Program-made: the position numbers and the translations under genes
The notes under the pieces: generated by a model
Databases searched by the model: none
Told to the model about the DNA's origin: nothing
The model's input: the letters and a program-made list of their open reading frames with translations, nothing else
NCBI RefSeq assembly: GCF_900095855.1
Contig: NZ_FMIY01000002.1
Location: forward strand, 153,322-177,321
Source: Colibacter massiliensis
GTDB taxonomy: Bacteria > Bacillota > Negativicutes > Veillonellales > Megasphaeraceae
Reading direction: 5' to 3'
Length of the DNA: 24,000 bases
Shown: in pieces, positions 1-7,721 of the stretch
Position numbering within the stretch: position 1 is the stretch's first letter
Layout of the letters: each line of letters opens with the position of its first letter

Positions 1-173
1 CGGTCCTGCCGCCGGTGACAAAATTGGCCGAATTCTCCCATACTGTCGCCGTCGCCGTAGTGAAATGCGCCGTCGAGACCGGCATGGCCGGCAAGAACGT
101 CACAGATGCCGATGCCGTCGTAAACGACTTGAAGTGGTACCCTGCGTATGAACAGAATAGTATAGAAGAATAG
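1..173 (+). CDS. 3' end of an upstream gene; C-terminus resembles the NAD-dependent malic / malolactic enzyme family
   Basis: An open frame (codons from nt 3) enters from the left edge and ends at TAG 171-173: ...VLPPVTKLAEFSHTVAVAVVKCAVETGMAGKNVTDADAVVNDLKWYPAYEQNSIEE*. The LPP..L...S..VA.AV.K.A..G.A....W.P.Y tail recalls the C-terminus of SfcA-type malic enzymes. Only 56 aa are visible and the match is from recall. Confidence 0.45.
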   Translation, partial: VLPPVTKLAEFSHTVAVAVVKCAVETGMAGKNVTDADAVVNDLKWYPAYEQNSIEE

Positions 174-181
174 AAAATCGC

Positions 182-215
182 AAAAAACCGGAGCTTCCAA
201 AGCCCCGGCTTTTTA
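182..215 (+). terminator. Rho-independent terminator of the upstream gene
   Basis: A-run, then stem CCGGAGCTT (188-196) / AAGCCCCGG (200-208) with one mismatch and a 3-nt loop, then CTTTTT. It starts about 15 nt after the stop codon. Confidence 0.7.
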
Positions 216-370
216 TGCGTCTATAAGAGATAAATGTATTTTTTAAACACATAGAAAAGTATCTTTTATGCAAAAAACGCATTGAATTTCTCATAATTTT
301 TGTCCGATTGGATTATTTTCGGTCCGAATGGAGTGGAAAGGACAATAGGTCTCAGATATTATAAAAATAA

Positions 371-385
371 TGATATTTATACTCA
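371..385. promoter_or_regulatory. Fur-box-like 7-1-7 site upstream of the TonB-dependent receptor
   Basis: TGATATTTATACTCA matches the TGATAATNATTATCA consensus at 11 of 14 specified positions by hand count. It lies in the AT-rich region about 75 nt upstream of ATG 458 and next to a TATAAT at 387-392. AT-rich context makes chance matches likely. Confidence 0.3.
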
Positions 386-501
386 ATATAATATATAAAT
401 AGCGTATGTTCGGAATGGAATAAGTATATCAAAGACATGAGGGAGGCGAACGAAAGTATGAAGTATCACGCCAACAGGAAGACGAAGTATCTTCTCCTGC
501 A

Positions 502-1890
502 GTGTGCCGTCCTGACCTGGCTGGCCCTGCCCGTCTGTGCGGCGGACAGTCCTGTAGGGGGGACACCCACGTTACGACAGGGGACATAGTCGTAGCGGCC
601 GATGCGGCTAAGGAAGCGGCAAAGTATGAGTCCCAGAGCACGACGATCATCACCAAGGAGGACATTGCCGCCAAGCAGGCCAAATCCGTCGAAGACATCA
701 TTTTCAACGAAGTCGGCGTGACCCGGACGGTCGACGCCATGGGGCGCGTAGGCGTATCCGTTCGCGGTGCGGAGCCGCGGCACACGCTGATTCTCGTCGA
801 CGGTCAGCCCGTCATGGGTGATTTTGCCAAATATTACGGTGCTGCCGACGAATTACAGCGGCTGGGGACGGAAAATGTGGAGCGCATCGAGATCATCCGT
901 GGTGCGGCGTCCGCCAAATACGGAGCCGACGCCATCGGCGGCGTTATCAACGTCGTGACCCGGCAGCCGTCGAAGCGGGCGGGGTTGCAGGTCAATGCCG
1001 AAGGGCGGCGGGAAAAAGGAAACGGCGATCTTTTCCCGTATTCCAATTTCTTCCTGCGGGCCGATTCGGGGCAAATGGGAAAATTCCGTATCAGCGCCTA
1101 CGGCACCAAACGGGATATCATGCCTATTTACGCGTCGGAAAAAATGACTCATTCCGCCTCCTCCGAGATCTTTTACGGCGGTACGGCGGCGACTATCAAA
1201 AATTCGCTCCGGTATTACGGTGATACGTCCGACATCGGTCTGTCCGCAAGCTACAATGTAGACGATCACAACACGATAAATCTCAGGGCGAACCGCTATA
1301 CGGAAGACCTGGAGCGCTATGTCAAGCATACGGATTCTGTATTTGAACCGCTGCAGTACTTCAAACGGAAGCTGGACCGCAATACGTACAATGTGTCCTG
1401 GCAGGGGAACAACCGGGGCGGTACGGATTGGGATGTGGAATTCAACTATTCACGCATGAACGAGGATGACGTTGCCTTGAGCAGTGATTATGCGAAATCC
1501 GTTTATGAAGGAAAGAACACCTTGGAATACGTGGATGATATCGATCATCGCCAATATGATTTCAAGGCGACGGCCAACACGCAGGTCAATGACCGGCATC
1601 TGTTGACCTACGGTGTCGGCTATACCTATGAAAAAGGAAGCGGCAGCCGCCTGAAAAATGCGCCGCATACCTATATGCGCCACATCGATCCGTGGGATTA
1701 CGACAAGAGTCTGCAGATCGACGAAAAGACGGGAAAACCCGGTTCCAACATACATTATTATAAATGGAAGCGCAATGCGGCCGGTCAACTCGAATGGGAC
1801 TATAACTATGAAAAATACGGCAGCAGCACGAACACGCCGGAACTCACCGAGGAAGAATTTGATCTCATCAGGGATCCGAACACCAATTAA
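502..1890 (+). CDS. TonB-dependent receptor, N-terminal fragment (TonB-box-like segment, plug domain, first barrel strands)
   Basis: GDIVVAA (TonB-box-like). Plug motifs: STTIITKEDIAAKQAKSVEDII..GV, VSVRGAEPRHTLILVDGQPV, and ENVERIEIIRGAASAKYGADAIGGVINVVTR (the classic plug signature). This frame has no signal peptide of its own. Confidence 0.85.
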   Translation: MCRPDLAGPARLCGGQSCRGDTHVTTGDIVVAADAAKEAAKYESQSTTIITKEDIAAKQAKSVEDIIFNEVGVTRTVDAMGRVGVSVRGAEPRHTLILVDGQPVMGDFAKYYGAADELQRLGTENVERIEIIRGAASAKYGADAIGGVINVVTRQPSKRAGLQVNAEGRREKGNGDLFPYSNFFLRADSGQMGKFRISAYGTKRDIMPIYASEKMTHSASSEIFYGGTAATIKNSLRYYGDTSDIGLSASYNVDDHNTINLRANRYTEDLERYVKHTDSVFEPLQYFKRKLDRNTYNVSWQGNNRGGTDWDVEFNYSRMNEDDVALSSDYAKSVYEGKNTLEYVDDIDHRQYDFKATANTQVNDRHLLTYGVGYTYEKGSGSRLKNAPHTYMRHIDPWDYDKSLQIDEKTGKPGSNIHYYKWKRNAAGQLEWDYNYEKYGSSTNTPELTEEEFDLIRDPNTN

Positions 1891-1917
1891 CTTTCCTATA
1901 CAAAACTGGGAGAGCAC

Positions 1918-3957
1918 ATGGAGTTGTTCCCCAAAGTGCAGGCCTTCGGCAATCGACTGATGGCAGAAGCCGAGAACCAGGGGAATCCGAATGTCGGTAA
2001 TATGTTCAACGCCGTCGAAAATTACTATACCACGAAGACCGTCTATTTCAACGGCAAGACCTTTGAGCAGGGATATCGGGAGCGCACGAATCAACAAATC
2101 ATCGGCGAGGCATCCATCCGCAAGGAGCATATATTCATCCAAGACACATGGCAGGTGAACAAGGATACGCTTTTCATGCCGATCGTGCGCCTTGATCACA
2201 GCAGTCTTTTCGGTTCTCATGTAACGGCCAATCTGGGCATGACGCGTAATGTGAAGGGCAACGTCCACCGCCGCTTGAAGGCCAATATCGGCACGGGCTA
2301 TACGGAGCCGGGCATGGGTGAGCTTTACTATAACTGGGAGATGTACGGCGGCAATCCGGTCGGCTACGGGATTTTGGATATGAATACCAAGGCTTACGGC
2401 GGCCTGGCACGGCTGGGCTGGTATTGGGAGGGGAATCCCGATCTTAAGCCGGAGAAATCGGTCAACTTCGATATTTCCCTTGAAGGGGAAAACAAGAATA
2501 CCTATGCCAAGGCCGGTCTTTTTTATAACCGCATCAACAATTATATGACGACCTATTTTACAGGAACCCTTATGGATTTTTCTCCTTATATCAACGAGTC
2601 TACTCCGGCAGGGCAGGACAAATGGATGTATGCGCCCGATATGATCTACAGCTTTAAGAATATCGGCCGTGCGGAGATAGGCGGCATAGAACTGGAAGCG
2701 GAGCAAAAGCTGGGCCGCCGCTGGAAGGCAAAGCTCGGGTATACGTACCTCCATGCAATCAACAAGAGCGATCCCGATATGCCGCGGCAGCTCCTCGACA
2801 AACCGCAGCATAAAATCGATATCGGCTTGACGTATACGGACGAGAAGAGCGGCTGGAGCGGCTCGATTTGGGGCAATTACTATATCCATATGCTGGACAG
2901 CAACAGCCTGGCAGGCAGCGGCAATTATATGTATTCCCGCATTGATCCCAATGATGCGGGGAAATCGATTATCGGCTACCGGTTTGCCGATAAGAAAAAA
3001 CAGCGCTATGAAAAAAAGACCTTCAGCCTCTGGAATATTATGCTTCAAAAGAAATTCGATAAAGATTCCTTTGTCTATTTCGGTATCGACAATATCTTCA
3101 ATCACTGCGATGACGACCGGGCTTTCGGCGGGCGCGTCTACCGCTTCGGCGTAAATATGAAATTCGGCTATCAGCCGCCGAAGGAAGGAGAACCGCAAAG
3201 CACCGTATCACCGTCAGCGGCAGGGACGGAAAAAACGACGGAGCCGCTCCGCAAAGACGGCAGCGGGCAGAAGCCTATGGCAGATACGGTGGCAAAGCAG
3301 GATGATTTCTTCATTACCAAACCCTTTGATACTGCTAAAAAACGGGGTGTCGAAGTGATCGGCGATTACCGGGCGCGCTGGAACAGTCACGGCGGTACGA
3401 ACCGTCCGGCAGCGACGGCCTCGGCGACGACGGATATCAGTGATGCCGCAAAGAATATGTTGGATCGTTCCGAGCACGGGTTTGAACAGCGGCTGCGGCT
3501 GGGGATCAACGCCCGTATAGGCGACAACACGAATCTGACACTTATAGGCAGCGCCTCGGGTGCAGGCGGCGTGGATACGGCCCATGAAATTTCCTCTTCC
3601 AAGGGGCTGAATCATCAGCGGCTGGAACGGGTTGATATAACGCAGCATGTGAAGAAATGGGACTTTTCTATCGGCCGGCTTAAAGAGTTCATGGGCGTGA
3701 CGGGGTACTGGTTCGGCAAGGAATTCGACGGCGCCCGTGCCGTCTGGACGAGCGGCCGCAGTCAGGTGCGTATCGGCTACGGTGATTTCGGTCATAGCAC
3801 GGGGATTGTTGATTCACCGTATACGCGGGCCACGCGTGAGCTTTTCTACCGTGCTCCGACCGTGGACGAGTTCCTCGGGCTGAAGAGCGACGCAGGGAAC
3901 AATCCCGCGGGCGAAGAAATCGTGCCGAATGCGGGCAATATGGTCAATTTCTACTAG
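1918..3957 (+). CDS. TonB-dependent receptor barrel C-terminal fragment (to nt 3165), continuing into a low-complexity linker and the start of a second module
   Basis: HIFIQDTWQVNKDTLFMPIVRLDH, NPDLKPEKSVNFDISLE, FKNIGRAEIGGIELEAEQKL..KLGYTYLHAINK, and the terminal FGIDNIFN...RVYRFGVNMKF (ends at 3165) are typical receptor barrel motifs with an aromatic C-terminal strand. No stop follows the MKF. Confidence 0.8.
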   Translation: MELFPKVQAFGNRLMAEAENQGNPNVGNMFNAVENYYTTKTVYFNGKTFEQGYRERTNQQIIGEASIRKEHIFIQDTWQVNKDTLFMPIVRLDHSSLFGSHVTANLGMTRNVKGNVHRRLKANIGTGYTEPGMGELYYNWEMYGGNPVGYGILDMNTKAYGGLARLGWYWEGNPDLKPEKSVNFDISLEGENKNTYAKAGLFYNRINNYMTTYFTGTLMDFSPYINESTPAGQDKWMYAPDMIYSFKNIGRAEIGGIELEAEQKLGRRWKAKLGYTYLHAINKSDPDMPRQLLDKPQHKIDIGLTYTDEKSGWSGSIWGNYYIHMLDSNSLAGSGNYMYSRIDPNDAGKSIIGYRFADKKKQRYEKKTFSLWNIMLQKKFDKDSFVYFGIDNIFNHCDDDRAFGGRVYRFGVNMKFGYQPPKEGEPQSTVSPSAAGTEKTTEPLRKDGSGQKPMADTVAKQDDFFITKPFDTAKKRGVEVIGDYRARWNSHGGTNRPAATASATTDISDAAKNMLDRSEHGFEQRLRLGINARIGDNTNLTLIGSASGAGGVDTAHEISSSKGLNHQRLERVDITQHVKKWDFSIGRLKEFMGVTGYWFGKEFDGARAVWTSGRSQVRIGYGDFGHSTGIVDSPYTRATRELFYRAPTVDEFLGLKSDAGNNPAGEEIVPNAGNMVNFY

Positions 3958-4008
3958 CAGCTGAAGAATGCCGCGACGGTAGAGGAACAGTACGCCATCA
4001 TCCGTCGG

Positions 4009-5292
4009 ATGCTCAGTCTCGCCAAGGCTTCCTACGGAGAGAAGTTTATCTATGATATGTTCACTCAAACACCGGGCGGACGGGAAAGTTACGACGCCTA
4101 TTCTCCCAGCATTCCCGGCGTATCAAGTCTTTCGTATTCGTATAAAGATGCGCACGGCACGGTGCACCACCGTACCATCGGCAATGTTCCGTCGGAGCAG
4201 ATGGAGGGGCTTCTGACGAAAGAGGAAAAAACGTCATGGAACGATGCCACACCGCTTGAGTGTGACGGCACGGCCTATCGGAACACGTGGTGGAACAAGA
4301 ACGGCGGCACATTGGCCGACAGACTTGCGCGCCTCGCACAGTCAAAACTCGGTGCGGGCGAAACGTTCCAAGGTTTTGACCAAGACCTCAAGACAGAGTT
4401 TATGAAGCAAAATGATACACGTACACAAAGACCCCAGATAGCGACAGACGGCGGCAATGGTGTCATTCCGCTTCCGCAAAGGGCAAAGGTTCCGTATCCC
4501 GTGGCACGATATTTTGAGAAAATCGCCAATGCGTTGCGCTTGGAAACGGAGGACGGCAGCCGTTTGCCGCGTAAGGGATTGGAAGCCGTATTGGGCAAGA
4601 TCGTGCCTGTAAACGGCACTGTTTTGCGGCGCGATACGGTGCCGTCTATTGACCGGGCTTTCTTTATCCAGGCCAGACACGAGCTAACGCCGAACGTCGG
4701 CCTTGCCGTCTGGTATCTGCGCTCCGTCAATGACGATACGCATACCTATGCCGCCGCGCACGGGACGGGCAACGATATCGAGGAGTTCGATCATCTTGCC
4801 AATGTCATCGGCATCGGCGCGAAGTGGCGCTTCGGCCCGAATGCGTCCGTTTCCGTCGACTGGGGTCAGAACCGCACGGATCTCGGCCGCTATCTGAACG
4901 GCCACACGCGGTACAGCCACACGAACGGCATGTCCGACTTCACCATGCTGGGCCGCGCCCGCGGCGGTACGCCCCGGTTCTGGACGATCCGCTTCGATAT
5001 CGGCCATGCCGATACGGATAGGCCCGGCAGCTGGAATGCCTTTGCGGACTATAAGTACTTCCAGCACGGTTCCTTCTTCGGCGGCAACGGCACGGAGGGC
5101 GTACCGGACAGATACATGGACGGCATCAAGTCCTTCACCGTCGGGGCAGGCTACGTGCCGGCGAAGGATTTCCTCATCAAGGCGTTCTACACCTTCGACG
5201 CCAAAGGCATCGGCAAGCGCGATACCCTCTACGGGCCGGAAAGCTTCAAGATCGGCGACTACACGCGCATCCAGGCGACGTATAAATTTTAA
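4009..5292 (+). CDS. C-terminal fragment of a porin-like / outer-membrane beta-barrel-like module (family not recognised)
   Basis: Same frame as 1918-3957. Alternating beta-strand-like segments (NVIGIGAKWRFGPNASVSVDWGQN, RFWTIRFDIGHAD, IKSFTVGAGYVPAKDFLIKAFYTFDA) end in GDYTRIQATYKF*, a typical OMP C-terminal beta-signal. There is no SD or signal peptide at the track start. Confidence 0.55.
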   Translation: MLSLAKASYGEKFIYDMFTQTPGGRESYDAYSPSIPGVSSLSYSYKDAHGTVHHRTIGNVPSEQMEGLLTKEEKTSWNDATPLECDGTAYRNTWWNKNGGTLADRLARLAQSKLGAGETFQGFDQDLKTEFMKQNDTRTQRPQIATDGGNGVIPLPQRAKVPYPVARYFEKIANALRLETEDGSRLPRKGLEAVLGKIVPVNGTVLRRDTVPSIDRAFFIQARHELTPNVGLAVWYLRSVNDDTHTYAAAHGTGNDIEEFDHLANVIGIGAKWRFGPNASVSVDWGQNRTDLGRYLNGHTRYSHTNGMSDFTMLGRARGGTPRFWTIRFDIGHADTDRPGSWNAFADYKYFQHGSFFGGNGTEGVPDRYMDGIKSFTVGAGYVPAKDFLIKAFYTFDAKGIGKRDTLYGPESFKIGDYTRIQATYKF

Positions 5293-5373
5293 AATTCTTA
5301 CTTGTATATAGGGCAGCGTATTTCTCCCCCATATAACGCTGTCAGTCAAAGCGGGCAGGTACGCCATACCGAA

Positions 5374-5395
5374 ACAGGCAGGCGTGCCTGCCTGT
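5374..5395 (+). other. GC-rich stem-loop downstream of the barrel gene (possible terminator lacking a T-tract)
   Basis: ACAGGCAGG (5374-5382) / CCTGCCTGT (5387-5395) is a perfect 9-bp stem with a 4-nt loop. No U-run follows, so terminator function is uncertain. Confidence 0.3.
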
Positions 5396-5498
5396 GTTGA
5401 CGTTCAATATATATTTGAAAAAGTTTACAATCTGTTTAGAAAATCGTTAACTTTTCTTTTTATACTTACGCAGAGTAAATATAAAAGGGGAGTTAAGG

Positions 5499-6977
5499 AT
5501 GGCAGCAGAACGACAAAAAGAACATACGGGTTTTTCGGAACGGCGGATACTTTTCGGCTTGGCTCTGTTTTGTGCAATCTTGTATTTCAGCGGTATCGGG
5601 CAAATGGCCGTAACCGATCCGGTCGAGGTCAATTATACGGAAACGGCCAAGGAAATGTTGGCCGCCGGAGATTGGCTGTCACCGCGCATATACGGGCAGT
5701 ACTGGTATGATAAGCCCGTGTTCTTCTACTGGGAACTGATGGCGGCTTTTAAGCTTTTCGGCATTACGGACTTTGCGGCCCGCTTCTTTCCGGCTCTTTT
5801 TGCAACAATCGGCGTGTATATGACGTACTTTTTCGGCAAGTATCTCTATAATGCCGAAACAGGTGCGACGGCGGCAGTTATTTTGGGGACGTCTCTCGAA
5901 TATTGGTATATCGGTCATGCGGTCATTACGGACATGACCCTGGCAGTTTGCATGTCTGCAAGTATTATGCTCTTTTATGTGGCCTATGCCGAAGACAAGC
6001 CGCTGTTGTTATACGGTGCCTTTGCCACGGCCGGGATAGCCGTTTTGACGAAAGGCCCTGTCGGCTTTCTCTTGCCGGGATTAATTCTTTTTGTATTTCT
6101 TTTTCTGCAGCGGCGGCTGAAGTTTCTCATAAATCCGCACATATGCGGCGGCTTTGCTTTATTTCTTCTTATCGTCTCCTTCTGGTATGTGCCTATGTAT
6201 CAATTGCACGGACAGGCGTTTATCGACACCTTTCTCGGGACGCACAACCTGCTGCGAGCGACCGTTGCGGAGCATCCGAAGAATAATGTATTCTATTATT
6301 ATTTGCTCATTTGGGCGGCGGGATTTTTCCCGTGGAGTCTCTTCTGTTTACCCGGGGCGGTACATTGCCTGCGGCAAAAAAGACTTTCCTTGCCGACAGG
6401 AGACGCGGAACGGCTCCTTGTTCTTTGGGGTGCCGTCGTAGTTCTCGTTTTCCAGTGTATGGCATCTAAATACCTGACTTATACATTCCCTTATATGATG
6501 CCGCTTGCCGTCGGAGCGGCACCGTACGTGCGCCGTCATCTGCGGCCTTACGGCAAAGCGGTTTTGGTCGGTATGAGCGTTTTTTACATCGGTGCGGCGT
6601 TTATGATAGCACCCCGGGAGACGAAATGTGCTTCCGGAAAAGAGGCGGTGCCGCTGCTGCAGTCCTTGTGTGATGAAAACACGGATATTGTCAGTTACGG
6701 TATCCGCTATCCGGCGACACTCGTATATTATGCGGATTTACCGGTCAGACGGCTGGAAACGCGGAAAGACATAGAAAAATGCAAGCCCCGCAGTATGACC
6801 TGGACGGATACGAACGCCATGCCCTTTATGGCCGTTGAAGACTTGCGGCCCGACAGGAATGTCCTGGTCATTACGGATATACAGCACCCGGAGCAGGTGC
6901 AGCGCGGCTTGCCGGGAATGTGGCGAGAGGTAGGTGCCGCAGGCCGCTTCGCTTTTTATAAGAGAATAGAACCGTAA
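5499..6977 (+). CDS. Glycosyltransferase family 39 / ArnT-PMT-like polytopic membrane glycosyltransferase
   Basis: SD AAAGGGGAG precedes ATG 5499. The N-terminal block ...DPVEVNYTETAKEMLAAGDWLSPRIYGQYWYDKPVFFYW..., followed by many TM helices, is characteristic of ArnT/PMT_2-type lipid-linked sugar transferases. Confidence 0.8.
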   Translation: MAAERQKEHTGFSERRILFGLALFCAILYFSGIGQMAVTDPVEVNYTETAKEMLAAGDWLSPRIYGQYWYDKPVFFYWELMAAFKLFGITDFAARFFPALFATIGVYMTYFFGKYLYNAETGATAAVILGTSLEYWYIGHAVITDMTLAVCMSASIMLFYVAYAEDKPLLLYGAFATAGIAVLTKGPVGFLLPGLILFVFLFLQRRLKFLINPHICGGFALFLLIVSFWYVPMYQLHGQAFIDTFLGTHNLLRATVAEHPKNNVFYYYLLIWAAGFFPWSLFCLPGAVHCLRQKRLSLPTGDAERLLVLWGAVVVLVFQCMASKYLTYTFPYMMPLAVGAAPYVRRHLRPYGKAVLVGMSVFYIGAAFMIAPRETKCASGKEAVPLLQSLCDENTDIVSYGIRYPATLVYYADLPVRRLETRKDIEKCKPRSMTWTDTNAMPFMAVEDLRPDRNVLVITDIQHPEQVQRGLPGMWREVGAAGRFAFYKRIEP

Positions 6978-7015
6978 TAAAAGGACACCTATGATACACA
7001 TAGGTGTCCTTTTAT
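6977..7015. terminator. Bidirectional terminator between convergent genes
   Basis: ATAAAAGGACACCTATG-ATACAC-CATAGGTGTCCTTTTAT forms a perfect stem of about 15 bp flanked by A- and T-runs. It sits between the GT39 stop (6977) and the response regulator stop (7031). Confidence 0.85.
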
Positions 7016-7030
7016 TACGAGCTGTTATTT

Positions 7031-7720
7031 TTACCGGAAGCGATAGCCGGCGCCCCAAACCGTTTCAATGTAAATCGGCTTGGACGGCTCCGGTTCTATC
7101 TTTTCACGGAGCCGGTTAATATGTACCATGACGGTTGCCGTATCGCCGACGGCATCAAAGCCCCAGACCCGTTCGAACAATGTATCCTTGCTGAAAACGA
7201 TGCCCCTGTTCTTGGCCAGAAAGAGAAGCAGTTCGAATTCTTTATTTGCCAATGTAATTTCCCTTTCTGCGACGAAGACGCGATGCTCTTCCGGCCGGAT
7301 CTCCAGATCACCGCTGCGGAGGGAGGTCGTCTTCGTGCCGCCGTTCTTCCCGGTCAGGCGCTCATACCGTGTGAGATGTGCCTTGACGCGGGCTACGAGC
7401 TCGCCGGGACTGAAAGGCTTGATAATATAGTCATCGGCACCGAGGCCGAGGCCCCGAATTTTGTCGACGTCTTCACGCCGTGCCGATACCATGAGAATGG
7501 GGATATCCTTTTCTTTGCGTACTTCACGGACGATTTGAAAACCGTCCGCGCCGGGCAGCATGACATCGAGGAGAAGCAGGTCATAGGCTTCTTTTTGCGC
7601 CAACTCCAGTCCCTTTGTGCCGTCTGCGGCAATATGAGCCGCAAAGCCGTCAGCTTCCAAATAATCCCGTTCCAATTCGGCGATCGCCGTATCGTCTTCT
7701 ACAATCAATATCTTTTTCAT
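7031..7720 (-). CDS. OmpR/PhoB-family response regulator
   Basis: MKKILIVEDDTAIAE...YDLLLLDVMLPGADG...ADDYIIKPFSPGELVARV is a receiver domain, and ...IETVWGAGYRFR is the winged-helix C-terminus. The start is set at ATG 7718-7720 with SD AAGGAG 7 nt upstream; the track start at 7750 adds 10 unsupported residues. Confidence 0.95.
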   Translation of the reverse strand: MKKILIVEDDTAIAELERDYLEADGFAAHIAADGTKGLELAQKEAYDLLLLDVMLPGADGFQIVREVRKEKDIPILMVSARREDVDKIRGLGLGADDYIIKPFSPGELVARVKAHLTRYERLTGKNGGTKTTSLRSGDLEIRPEEHRVFVAEREITLANKEFELLLFLAKNRGIVFSKDTLFERVWGFDAVGDTATVMVHINRLREKIEPEPSKPIYIETVWGAGYRFR

Positions 7721-7721
7721 C

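Larger units (their letters stand above)
458..5292 (+). pseudogene. Disrupted composite outer-membrane gene: signal peptide + TonB-dependent receptor (plug + barrel) running without a stop into a second barrel-like module; 1 frameshift and 2 in-frame stops
   Basis: ATG 458 (SD GAGGGAGG 439-446) gives the signal peptide MKYHANRKTKYLLLQCAVLTWLALPVCAAD in frame 2, which stops at TAG 587-589. The receptor body is in frame 1, and G6 at 557-562 is the likely shift site. Track ORFs 502-1890, 1918-3957 and 4009-5292 are all in frame 1, separated only by TAA 1888-1890 and TAG 3955-3957. Confidence 0.75.

Noticed and set aside
216-457. A cobalamin riboswitch upstream of the TonB-dependent receptor (the BtuB-type arrangement)
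   Set aside because: The leader is short and very AT-rich. It has no B12-box-like GCCACTG element and no GC-rich multi-helix structure. A Fur-type site is the more plausible regulator.
1450-3198. A 582-aa minus-strand ORF, one of the longest in the track
   Set aside because: It is antisense to the TonB-dependent receptor, whose plus-strand translation carries unmistakable plug and barrel motifs. The minus-strand product is featureless (I/A/R/L-rich) with no SD. It is a shadow ORF of a codon-biased gene.
1888-3957. Stop-codon reassignment (TAA/TAG read as sense) as the explanation for the in-frame stops
   Set aside because: Other genes in the window terminate normally at TAA (GT39, the regulator, the kinase, yefM, yoeB, the autotransporter) and at TAG (the malic-enzyme-like gene, PepSY, the pentapeptide protein, the nuclease), each followed by terminators or new SD/start sites. 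The standard code therefore applies.
3277-5292. The internal ATG at 3277 as an independent start for the second barrel-like module
   Set aside because: There is no SD upstream, and the product would begin MADTVAKQDDFFITKPF without a signal peptide, which an outer-membrane barrel would need.
5396-5440. TTGACG / TACAAT hexamers as the promoter of the GT39 gene
   Set aside because: The spacing between the two hexamers is 23 nt, and alternative -35 candidates are poor. No promoter can be assigned with confidence from sequence alone.
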